Assembly: GCA_013239625.1 (NCBI GenBank) | Contig: MU054738.1 | Coordinates: 6,845,083 to 6,909,082 of the forward strand | DNA: 64,000 nt | From: Lama guanicoe | Lineage: Eukaryota | Reading direction: 5' to 3' | Shown here: positions 1 to 11,499 of the stretch, one piece after another | How the letters are laid out: each line of letters opens with the position of its first letter | How positions within the stretch are numbered: the first letter of the stretch is position 1 | Made by a program: the position numbers and the translations under genes | Notes under the pieces: generated by a model | What the model was told of the DNA's origin: nothing | Database searches by the model: none | What the model saw: only the letters and a program-made list of their open reading frames with translations

Positions 1-130
1 GGAGTGTGCTTGGCTTATTTTAGGAGCAGAGAGGAGGCCAGTGCAGCTGGAACTGAGTGAACGAATGGGCGGGTCAGTGGTCCCCGCTGTGGTCAAAGGG
101 ACAGTTGGGAGCTTGCAGGCCTTGCAGTTA
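1..130 (-). mobile_element. L2 LINE fragment (ancient)
   Basis: 'ggagtgtgcttggcttattttaggagcagagaggaggccagtgcagctggaactgagtga' resembles the antisense of the L2 3' region. Confidence 0.6.
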
Positions 131-244
131 CAATGGAACAAGTAGCCTCAAAGTGAGTATCTGCAGTTAGATATGAAAACACACATTATGTTGCAGTGTT
201 TGATTTTTACTCGTTGCTACTGATATAAATGTTCTATAACTAGT

Positions 245-405
245 GGGGAGGGTATTGCTCAGTGGTAGAGTGCATGCTTAGCATGCATGAGGTCTTGGGT
301 TCAATTCCCAGTACCTCTGTTAAATAGATATACAAACCTAATTACCTCCCCCCACCAACAAAATTTAAATAAAATTTTAAAAAAATTGAAAAATAAATTT
401 AAAAA
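245..405 (+). mobile_element. vic-1-type camelid tRNA-Ala-derived SINE, long form, with TSD
   Basis: Head GGGGAGGGTATTGCTCAGTGGTAGAGTGCATGCTTAGCATGCATGAGGTCTTGGGTTCAATTCCCAGTACCTC closely follows tRNA-Ala(AGC) with A/B boxes; A-rich tail; TSD gttctataacta at 231-242 and 406-417. Confidence 0.92.
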
Positions 406-1161
406 GTTCTATAACTAATAGTTACTGTAAAAATTAGGCTGGAAGTTAATTTCATTTTGAAATTATTTGGGGTGATTTTCTATAACATCCCTTAAAGTGT
501 CAGAGGCAGAGTGAATTAAAAAAAAAACAACTGGAAATACTCAGGTTGATCTAAACAGTCTTACAGATGATCAGAAAAACTGACCAGCATCTGTCCTTCA
601 GTCTAAAGTCACACAGACATTTGTAGTTTCTGATGATCGAGAAATACAAATCCATACACTTCACAAATTCCACTGAGGTTAAACCTCACCTCATAAATAG
701 ACGGAGGCTTTTAAAACTGACACTGGGACATTCCAGCTGTGCGCTGATAAACTGTCCTCCTCCCTACTGCCCTTAGAGCCTACTGAGTATTAAGATAAGT
801 CCGCCTTCTTGAGTTTCCCAGTCAGAAAATCCATTTCACCCGAGTGAGGACAGGCAGCCCCACTGAATCTTCCCGACTCCTGGTGGAGCCCGAAACACAC
901 CCGTCCCCGTGGAGCTGGATGCGAAGTCAGTTTCCAGGCCCTGCACCACCAGCACGGCGCCTGGGAGGGCACAGCCTTTCTGGTCTTGTGGAGGCCACCC
1001 CTGGAGAGAGGTTAAGGGGGGGACAAGACCATAAACTCCTCTCCCCAGTTATCATTCACGTCCCTGCTGTGAAACCAGCCAGACCTGGAAGTGTCACAAC
1101 CCCTCTTCTCCTTTACAGCCCGGCATCCTCCTCCTGCTCCCAGGGCGGAAGGTGCCCCCAT

Positions 1162-1350
1162 CACCTCCTTCTCCTGCACCCCCTCCTTCTCCTGCACCCC
1201 CTCTTCCTCCTACACCTCTCCCCCTCCTGCACCCCTTTCTCCAGCACCCCTCCTTCTCCTGTACCCCACCTCCTGCACCCCCTCCTCCTCTTGCACTCCT
1301 CCTTCTCCTGCACCCCCTCCCCCTGCACGTCCCCCTCCTGTACCCCTCCC
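1162..1350. repeat. C/T-rich minisatellite, ~18-bp unit (CTCCTTCTCCTGCACCCC)n, degenerate
   Basis: About 10-12 imperfect copies of ctcctgcacccc with variable C/T spacers. Confidence 0.85.
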
Positions 1351-3720
1351 CAGGATTCAGGCTCTTTCTCTGTTAACTGATGGTACGTACCAGGCGATCT
1401 GCAGGGTTTCTGCAGTTTCTGGTTCTGTGCGCCCCGCCTCGACCCAGGTCTCCTGATGAGAAGTCTCCGTCCTTGGTTTCCTCCACAATGTGACCTGCGA
1501 GGGCAGACCTGGACTTAGCCGATAGCTGCCCAGCCATCACCTTGCAGGGAAACCTGGCTCCGGATGTGCTGAGCGTGGGGCAAAGACGGAGGGGGCCGGC
1601 GGCCCCGGGACCCCAGGCAGCTGCAATCCATGGCGCTGCTGTGGAACAACTTCGCAAATGCCAGCTCCCTCCCTGCTCCCTGCTAATCTTTGAATTCTGA
1701 CTCAGCTGGGCTAGACCTTTCTTCTTTTGGTGGGGAATTTCCATTTGTCGAAGGGATTGCCTTTCTAAATATTTTGGTTCTTAACTTTTGAGAATTTTTC
1801 TGCTTTTATTAAGGTGGTTTCCTTTCTATTCACTTAACTCTTTTGCTGGGAAAGATATAGTTGCCCCCTGTGTTGGTGGAATTTCAAGTCCACCACTGAT
1901 AATAAAAAGCCACAACAGTAGCTGGGGAAAAATTATTGTGAAAAGTTCCACCTGCCCCCTTTCCCTGCCCTGTTTTTGAAAGCAGAGGGCAGGCATTTCA
2001 GTGGAAACCATGACATTGCCCTGGGTAATAAAAACATCGGGGCTTTGTCTTCGGATAGCACTGATTGCTGTCTTGGGAGTCAATGTACTGATTTTTGCCC
2101 AGCAAATTATGTCACGATTGTGAGCGAGTTAACAGGTAAGGCTGCAGAATCCTTGCTACCTTCTCCCAGCTCTGGACCGCCTCTGAGCTCAGTCAACGTA
2201 CTGAGGCAGCTGGGACTCCGTTACCCTCCTCGGGTCGTTCTAAGCATCCTGGGTGAGCGTTTCTCACCGGACTGTCAGCTCCTGTGCACGTTCCACCTCA
2301 TTATGCACAGCGTGTTAACATTGGTCTCAAAACGCCTCGCCTGGTTTCCTGACGCCTCTGCACGTAACGCAGCACCCGTCTGCGGGGAGGTGACCTGGAC
2401 CCTGCTCCAGGAGGGGCTGTGGGTTACAAGCAGGACCACCAGTCACTTGGCAGAGCCCTTGTTCGCTTGTTCATAAGAGGTGATACCTATCTGCCTCCTA
2501 AGTGGGAGCGAGGGTCAGGTGGGGAGCCATCCGGCACATTCGGAGACTTCTCTGTCAGTGAGGGTGAGGCTTGCCAGGAAGCAGAGCTGGGCCCCCTGGG
2601 CTCCGGTAAGGGGTTCTTTCTGCTTGCTTTGCCTGGTGGCTCAGAATTTAGGCTCAGCTACAAAGGGCAAAGACCAGGACTCGGCTGCCGTCTCTCTCCA
2701 CTTGACTAGGGTGGGAGGCACTGGAAAGGGGCCGACACTGATCACGGTGCAGCAGCCAGGGGGATGGGGGCCCCGTGGGTGGGCGGATCCCTGCTTCCGT
2801 CATCATTTCCTTCGAACCATCTTTTCAGACAGTGAGTGATGACCCCATAAGTGGTGGTTCTGATAATTTCAGACTTCACACGTCAGTCCTCCTGGAGATG
2901 ACCCCATGATAGTCCGAGGCCACACAGCTCTGAACTACAGAAGCAGGGGGCTCAGGCAGTGTATGAACAGAGGTCCTCGATGGGTGCCCCCAAGTGGGAC
3001 GTCCTCACCAACTCGCCCAGGAGGCCTGCACATGCCCTGCAGATGGTCTCCCCGCCCCCACCCCTGCCAGGTGGCTAGGCAGAAGGATGGGGTACCAGGG
3101 CCTGAACGGACAGTGACAGCAAACACAGGCCCTCGCCCTGCTTTTGGGGGTCCCCCATCTTCAGTCCTCACCTCCACCCACTGATGGATCAGGGCTGGTC
3201 ACCTCTCCTTCAGACCGAGCCAAGGCCCTGAGGGCTTTTCAGTGTAGACGGACCTCAAGAAGCCTGACCCACGGAAAGGCCCAAACGTGGTCGAGTCAGT
3301 TACCCATGTTAATCAAGAGAGTTGCCTGATACACAATTCAAGGTTGCTGCAAATCCACACATCTTTCCCCCATTGCCTGCTTGCAGTGAGCTCTGCATAA
3401 ATGTTTACTGAATGACTGAATACATTAACACACAAATGAGTATTTTGCAGTGGGTTTTGGTATTTATATTTGCACATCTGTTTGTTGCATGCTCCAAGGA
3501 TTCCCAGCAGCCCTCACAGAGTAACGAAGGCACGCTACTAACATAGATCCTGGAGACAGGAACACCAGAGCTCACACGGGCCCCCTGCTGTCCGCTGGCA
3601 GCGTCAGCCCCCAGCCTGAAGCCCAGTGTCACAGAGCTGCGAGGCGCCTCTCACCGTCCTGGATCTGGGTGGTTAAACACATGTCTTGGGTGTCTGTCTC
3701 CTCTGGCTTCGGTCAGAACT

Positions 3721-4272
3721 GCAGACAGCGTGGCCCTCAAGAGGTGCTCACACCCTGGTTCCTGGGACCTGTGACTATGCTGTGTTACGTGTTTGCAGAT
3801 GTAGTGAAGGTTAGGGACTTTGCAGTAGGAAGATGACCCTGATGTCCGGGCGGGCCCGGTTAAATCTCACAAGCCCTCAAACGCAGAGAGCTCTGGGGTG
3901 GGTGGAGTGGAGAGATTTGAATCATGGAAAGGATTCCATGTATGTTCCTGGTTTAAAGAGGGAGGGGCAATGAGATAGGAGTGCAGGTGACCTTAGGAGC
4001 TCAGTGGCCCTGAGATGACAACCCTTGAGGAAATGGGGGCTTGGCTCCATAACTGTGAGGACCTGAATCTGATGAGCTCGGACATGGAATCTTCCCAGAG
4101 CCTCCAGGATGGGCTGCAGCCCAGCCGACACCTGAATTTGGGGCTGTGAGAGCCACACGTTCTGAACAGGCAGAGGCCCCGACTTATGGCCAGGGAATCT
4201 GTGACTGATACGTGGTGTTGATTAGGCTGTCGAGGGGGTAACTCGTCAGGGCAGCTCACTAACACCGATACA
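3721..4272 (+). mobile_element. MLT1 (MaLR) solo LTR, MLT1D/E-like
   Basis: Diagnostic blocks 'gggacctgtgactatg', 'tttgcagatgtagtgaaggttagggac', 'ttcccagagcctccagga...cagccgacacctgaattt'; ends in '...gataca'. Confidence 0.8.
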
Positions 4273-5534
4273 GATTAGCGTCACTCTGACCTTGGACGCT
4301 CGCCTGCAGCTCGGGGGCCGCAGGTGTACAGGGTCGAGCTGGGTGACCCTCAGTGCCTCCCAGCCCCCAAGTTCTAGGATTCGCTGTCAGAATTAATTGA
4401 TAGAAATACCAGTATATTTTGAACTAAGGCTTTGGAGTCCATTGGACTGGGTTCAGAGAGCCGCTTTACAGCCAAGGACGGTGCCTCTGCCCTAGGTTTC
4501 AGATCCTTTCACCCTGGCCTTGCACGGTTTTAAGGATTAAAAGGGGAAACATGCAGACAAAGGCTGGCTAACGTGTGCTTGGACAAGAGCACACGCCTTC
4601 CCCTCCTCCTTCTGACGGTTCTGCCACCCAGAGAAATGCAAGCGAGCATCTCAGCCACTTCCAGGTTTCTGTCCTCCTGGTGGCTGAGGCTTGGCCAGAA
4701 CTCCAGGGACAAGAGAGTGATAGGGCTTGCCATGGCTGCAGGGAGCCCAGAGCCCACGGGGCTGCCAGAAGCAGCCCGTCTCTTCTTCCCTCTCGGGCCC
4801 TGCACCTGCCCGAGGCCCCACGTCCAGCTGGGCTGGGAGCCTGTGTCTCTCCTTCCGGGGAGCTGGGAGTTCAGCTGGCTCAGTCCCACGGCCATGGCTG
4901 CCTTCAGCTGGGGGCTGGGCTCTCGTCTTCCGGTGTTGGGTGTAGCTGTAGAACTTTCCAGGCTCTCTGGTGCTTGACTTCTTGATATTTGCCATCTCGA
5001 ATCTGGAAAGCTGGCTGTTCCCGGGAGAGGCGTTTTTGGGCGGGTTCCTGGGTTTTCTGAGGCTGGAGGTCAGCTTCCTCCATCTTCCTTGCTGATGCCT
5101 TCCCACCAGTCAGACGGAGCAGGTGGTCATTCCTTTGGGGTGAGGGGAGCCCGGGCACGTGGATGGAGGCGTGAAGGGTGTCCACCTCGCCACCCCCTCA
5201 CTGAGCTCACCAATGACTGGTTCCCTGGTCCTTCTGAAAGCAGCTAGAACCTTCCTCAGGAAACTGACAGATGAAAAAACTGCAGTATTTCCTCACCCGT
5301 GGGCAGAGGTGAGTAATGACACCACACCTGACCATCTGGGGAGGCCCATCTCTGGGAAAGGCGGCAAGAAGCACTTCATTTGCATGTAAGTTGGGGAAGT
5401 ATCTAGCCCTGGCTCAGTCACGTCTTGACCCTTATATGTAATCTGTCTCTCCCTTCTCACTGGGATGTCAATGCAGAAAGAGTCCAGAGAACAGCTGAGT
5501 CGGAGTGAGACCCCCTCAGACTCAGCCAGATTCT

Positions 5535-5730
5535 GAGTCAGATTCTGGCTCGGCCCCTCTCAGCTGTGTGACTTTGAGCAAGTTACTTAACCTTTCTGTG
5601 CCTCAGTGTCCTCATCCGTAAGGGCTGTTATGAAGATAGAAGGAATTTAACTTTGTAAATATGTAATGCATATTCACAGAACTCTGCTTGGCACAAGGCA
5701 AGCGTGTTGTGTAAGGTGAGCTGTTACTGT
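5535..5730 (+). mobile_element. MIR SINE
   Basis: Core 'agctgtgtgactttgagcaagttacttaacctttctgtgcctcagtgtcctcatccgtaa' and tail 'tgcttggcacaaggcaagcg'. Confidence 0.9.
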
Positions 5731-7194
5731 GGAGTCCTCAGAGGGTCTCTGCGCTGACCAGATGGTGCCGATCCCCCCGCCAGTCCTCTCGATTCCAACC
5801 AGTCAGCACGACCCCAGGAGGGGGTGGACCCCTGGACTACCCTTCTCACCTGAGGTCCTCCCTCTGACACTTGCCACCAGGCTCAGCCCTCCCTGAGTCT
5901 CTCTCTGGAACTGGCAAGTGGTGGAATTCTGCAGACCAGGTGAGGTCACTGCTTTCTTTCTCATGCACCAGGATTGCTATTCCAGATGGATTAACTTAAA
6001 AAAAAAAGTTTGTACTTAGTACTCAATTAAAAAAAAAAACTATGTCAAAGCTTTATTGGCTCAAGATCAGCTAAAGAAAAAAGGGGAAAAAGTTTGCCTT
6101 TCAACAGAGTGGTCCAAACTGCTGACAATCCCCCGCACCTCCGCCCCCCACCCCTGCCAAGACTTATATATGGCTTTCTTTTCTGAATTCTTTCCTTTGG
6201 TGGTTAAGACATGCAAGCATCTTTGAAGTGGGCCAGACATGTTCTTTGCATGTGTGAGCGGTTGTGGTCTCTGCAGGGCTGGTTCAGATAAACCAGTTTC
6301 CGTATGGTTTCCAGTCAGGGGTGGGGGGTGGCTGTCCCATGGGACCCTGTACACCATTTGATCATGGCGGACAAATAAGAGGATTTTGCAGGTGGATTCT
6401 CGCCACCCCACCCCTCCGGGATCAGTGGTCTTCAGGTCACTGGCCACAGCATTTTGTGCAGGCTATGACCCTGGGTACCACAGGGCTCTGGGATGCAGGC
6501 TTAGTATCTGCCCCCTCCCTGTTCCTACACTGCTTCTGTGACACAAGCTGCTTTGTGTCAGTTATTCACACGAGGCAGCAAAGCCCACAGCACAGAGGAG
6601 CATGCAGACCCGATGGGACGCCTTTCCCGTTGGCCCCCAGACCCAATATCAGCATCCACCCTGGGGATTCCATTCGACCGTGGTTATGGGCCAGTTCCAA
6701 GTGCGTCTGAACAGGGCCCCTTCTGGTCTCTGCTGCCCCTCTCAGAGCAAAAGCTGTGATGCCATAGGTACATGTTGATTATACGTGATGAGACATAAAG
6801 TGGGTGTAGCCAGCACACAGGAGGCACTTGGGACACTTTATTGTTACCACGATCATTATGACACGTGGCTTTCAACCGGGGTTTCAGAGAAAACCAGCCT
6901 CCACGATTGCATCCGTGATTCTCTGCGGCAGTCCCGTCCCACATCGTTACTTCCCCAGAGTCAGCATTCCACTCTCCCACCTTACAAAAAAAATCCTGCA
7001 TCCTCATGGCTGCTATGACGTGGCTACTCTCCTTCCCTACTGAGTCAATGCCCGAGAAATTTGCTCTGACTTTTCCTCAGTTTCCTTCAAGCTTTGACTC
7101 TCCACTGCCAGGCTCCGCCACCAACAGCCCCTGAAACCAGGGCTTCCTCCCACAGCCGTGCTCGGGGCCTCAGCACTTCGCCCCCGTGTCTGCT

Positions 7195-7710
7195 CTGGAC
7201 CATGTGACTCCGTGGCCCTGTGCCGTCCACTTCGCTGTCCAGAAGGATAGCCTCCTGGGCAGAGGGTCACTGAACACTTGAAATGTGGCAGTGCACCAAG
7301 CAACTGGATTGTTCGTTTAATTTTAATTATTTCACATTTAAATTCGAATGCAGTTATTGAAAAACTTTCAGTATGACCACAACTTGGACCTATGAACCTA
7401 GTTTCTCTACTGCAAATGTTATGAAATCTAAACACAGAGCAAGCACTTCTGATGAAAATTTAGCATCCATATGGAGACGTGATAAAAGTAAAATATACAC
7501 CAGTTTTCTGAGATCTGATTTGAAAAAAGGGTGTAAAAGTCTCTCAATACTTTTTATATTGATTACATTGAAATCACAATATTTTGGCTATAGGGGTTAA
7601 ACACAATTTATTATTAAAATTGATTCCACCTGTTTTGATTTTCTTTTTAAAGTGGCTACTAATTAGAACCTTTGTGGCTGGCATTTTATTTCGGTCTGGA
7701 TGGCACTGCT
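7195..7710. mobile_element. hAT-Charlie DNA transposon deletion derivative (Charlie1/MER3/MER33 type)
   Basis: 'aacacttgaaatgtggc', 'atgaaatctaaacacagagcaagcacttctgatgaaaatttagcatcc', 'tattgattacattgaaat', 'ttattaaaattgattccacctgttt'; terminal 'tggatggcactg'. Confidence 0.85.
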
Positions 7711-10700
7711 GTGGACCGTTTGCTCCTGGAAGTTCTCTCCCGCCTCGGCTTCCGAGCCCGGGCCTCCGCTTGTCCCCTCTAACATCATTCCATGTGCAGG
7801 TGGCCTCTGCAGCCTCTCCTCCACGTCAGGGCTTCCCTGAGTCTGCCTCTGTCCTGTTCTCTCATCACATGATCTGTTTCTTCTTCCCCTCTGCTCGGAT
7901 GGGTACAGCCCCTCCCGTTCACTGAGCCTCTGCCCGAAGAGCCCCTCCCTCCGCCCACCTCTCTGATACCCAGACCTGCCCTTCGACAGAGTCCTTACTG
8001 CTGCAGCAGGATGTAGGGTCTCTCTCTGGGCCCCGCTGAACCACATGGAGACCACCGTTTTGTTACCCTTGTAACCTGTCACCGTGACTTACCGGCCTGG
8101 CCCCAAATGACCTCATGTTAGGATTAATGCCCCAATTGTGGCCAGATTGCAGTGGCTCTTATCTGGAAACTCAGCTGTGCCTCAAGTCCTCCTTCATCTT
8201 CCTGGGGGGGTGGTGGTCTCTGATGAATGGGCTCAGGTCTGCCCACGTTCTCCTCCTTGCCCTGTGGGGTGACTCACCTGACCCCCTCCAGTCAGAAGCC
8301 ACCAAGGAGAGGGTATCTGGGGGAGAGATGGGAGCAATAAGGGAGGCATGGTCTGCAGCTAATTTTCAAACAAGATAGAACTGACCAGACATCAGTCTGC
8401 TTTTTATTATCACTTGCCCGGGCAGTTTCAAACAATGGCAGAAACAGAATGCCCCTTCTTGCCAGGGTAAACCTTGTCCATTGCAGTCCCTCCCCCACTC
8501 CAAACATTTCTCAAGCAACTTATTCCACCGTCTTACCATTTCTGGTTTAATTCTCTTCATCATCTAGTAGACCATTTTTGTTTTTAGGCTAGTGGCAGGA
8601 TGTTATAAATATATATGTTTTTGTTTTTTTTAGGGCCTACCACAGATTCCACAATAGAGGAAGTGTTAGAAATTTATTGAATTAATAAATCAATGGATTT
8701 CTTCAATGTACCAGAATATCCTTTGGCAGGAAATCCTTGGTCAAAAAAGCATGTGGTAAGGAGACAAATTCAAAGTAAGGATTTATTGAAAACAAACTTG
8801 AGGCATAGTCTAAGGTTGCTGGAGATCTGGCCCACAATGGACACCTAGCATCTGTCTGTATGGCATTGAAAAAATATTGCCTACAAATGTGAATCTGAGG
8901 CCCTCAAGATATTGAATCAACAATGAAAAGATTAATTTATTGTTATTTGTTACATAGCTTGTGCAAGACCTGTGCTATAAAGCAGAAACATGGACCAATA
9001 TATTTTATTGAAACTTTAAACGATGACAGTAAAATTGTTCTGGTGCATGGTGAACTTATAAGAAAGCTCAGTCGACCAGACATGGAATTTTGCAGGCGCT
9101 TCCTGGGATAATGTGACGCATTCTCTTCATGACTCACAGTGAAGCTTTAGTTCCATCCATCACGACAGCCTGGACACTTCAGTCAACCAGTGGAAGTAAT
9201 CACGCCACCCTCTCAGGGGATATGTTGATTTCTGGGTCCATTTGTCATTCCTAACAGATCAGAAAGTTTTCACCCATCTGGACAGGCTTTATTCATCAGT
9301 GTGTGTGTCACATGCGTGCACACAAGAAAGACCTGCCAGGTTTCATTAACCAGAGCCTCTAAGGAGCACATGGGATGTCTTTTCCCTTTAGGAGAAGCCC
9401 TGGAGTGCGTCGCCTTTGATCTGGGCTGAGACAGCAGTGGTTAGCACAGGGCAGGGCGGACCGCGGTTCTGATGCCGTGGAGGAGCTTGTGGAGGCTGGA
9501 CCTGTCAGATGTGACTTCAGTCTCATAACTTTGGAACAGTAAATGGCCCTTTGCTTTGGAAGCCAGTCCACAGTTTGCTGGATCCACGACAAGATCTGAA
9601 TTTCAGTTTGTGGATATTGTTAAGTGTGTTTGGGGGCAAGATTTGCTGACTGGGCAAGAAGTAAGGATTATTTTATTCACGGACACGCGTCTCTAAAAAT
9701 TTCACAGTCGGTGTGAAGCAGGACATGGTAGTGTTCACGGAGCCTTTGGGAACAGGCTTGGTGCCAGCTTGGACCTTCACCCCAGCATCAGCCCTCCTAC
9801 CATCAGGGTGTCCTTTTAGGCTCTGTCTTCGGGTACAAACTGCAGACAAACTAGGTCCCCCGGGGAGATGGGGGAACACACGTGTGTTTCACCAAGGCGA
9901 GGATGGGGAAGTGGTGGCTGTTGGTGGCGGAGGCGGGCCCAGCGCAGCAAGCGCAGAGCCCTCACCTGCGGGCCCCCCTATCGGGGGGCAGCTCCGGTTC
10001 CCATGCATCCCTCCTTGTCAGTGTCACCCATGTGATCAGGGCTGCAAAGGCCGTGATGCTGTTCATGCCATCTCGCGAAAGTCCGGCCCATTTCCCTTCC
10101 TGGGGACCCGCCCTGCCCTGCTGACTTCTGGCAGAGCACCAGCCCCAGAGGTGGCTCCCCCAGCTCTAACGACGGAGGACGGCCCCTCCCGGGAATAAAC
10201 CTGAATCCCACATCCTCCGCGTGGTCTGCGGTTCCCGTGCACCCGATGAAACGCACGTGAGCTGATTCTGAGAACAGCGGGACTTCGAGGAGGAAGGCAG
10301 CCGCTCCCTCTGCCCAGAGATGGCTGGACCTGCGGCGAGAGTGCGCTCTGGGGGCGGGAACAGTGAGAAATTAGGGGCTGGGATGGCCGGGACCTTGGCC
10401 TGCGGTAACTGGAAGACTGTGGGGGCGTCTGGAGAGTTTTGGAAACTTACTGTGAGTGTGGTGTTCCTGGGGTCGCTCCTGATGGGAGATCAGGTTGAAG
10501 AGCAGCGATGAACCGGGCGGGAGGCCCTAGACCCACCTACCACTGAAACAGTTTGATGTTTGATCACTTGATTAATCCCCCTATCTCGCAGTGAGCGATA
10601 TACTCGCAGTGACTGAGGAAAGCGATTCTGATGTTACTGGGTATTTAGATAGCTAAACAACGTGATTTTTGCGACTTTTGTTTAAATGCCATGCGATCCA

Positions 10701-10934
10701 CAAAGTGTTACACAAATGTTATTTTTAGTGATGTGTCCCTTAAAATAGTAAAGCATGGGTTTACACCTACCAGTCTCTAACAGTGCTGTGGAGGGTAAAG
10801 AGATGGGTGCTTGAAAGTCAACCCGGTCTCAAAGCAGCTCACGAAAGCCCTGGCTGGTGATTAGCCGTCAGGGACCCTGGGATGCCTGCCTCTGTCCCCG
10901 TCCCAGCCAGGTGTCAGGGCTGCTGCAGCTGTGC

Positions 10935-11092
10935 CAAGTCCTGGCTGCACGTGGGGATCACAGGAGCCTAAAAAATTACCTATGGCTCATCCCACCCCCA
11001 AGGGCTTGTGATCCAAACGGTGTGGATAGTGGCCTGGGCAGAGAGATTTAGAAAAAATCTCTTATATGTGGCCATGAAGAAAACCACTGCTC
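10935..11092. mobile_element. MER5-like hAT MITE
   Basis: 'gctgcacgtggggatcacaggagcctaaaaaa...ggcctgggca...gaaaaccactgctct' fits MER5A/B architecture. Confidence 0.6.
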
Positions 11093-11199
11093 TGACCACG
11101 TATGAGAAACTGGGAAAGGCCGGAATTCGGAGGCGCCGTCAGTGCTGTGATCTGCAGTGTTCTCAGATGTGTCCCATTTCCCCAGTAGAAATCTTGCTC

Positions 11200-11320
11200 C
11201 TTTGCTCGTTTATTCACTCAGCAAACACAATCTGGGAACCTGATAAGTGTCAGGAATTGGGGGGACGATGGAGAAGGCACAAGTGGCTCTCACAGGGTTT
11301 AGAGCTCTCAGGAAAGCTGG
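11200..11320 (-). mobile_element. L2 3' end fragment
   Basis: 'tcgtttattcactcagcaaacac...gaacctgataagtgtcagg' is the antisense of the L2 tail. Confidence 0.55.
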
Positions 11321-11499
11321 GCTGGGAACAGATAATTCAAACTCCTTGGTTGTATTTCAGCTCAGGGGAAGTGTGCCCACCCTCCTGAGTCTGTCCCCAG
11401 CAGGTGTCCTCCTGCCCGGTGATGTTCAAACCAGCAGAACCATGCCGAGTGGGTTAGAGAGCCAAGGAAGCTTTATTCTCGGATCAGAGGATGGGAAGG

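Noticed and set aside
245-320. tRNA-Ala(AGC) gene (also at ~24650-24722 and ~34780-34852)
   Set aside because: SINE heads: altered acceptor stem, A-rich tails and TSDs
844-1456. Long Pro/Ser/Leu-rich ORFs
   Set aside because: Produced by the stop-free C/T minisatellite; open in several frames at once
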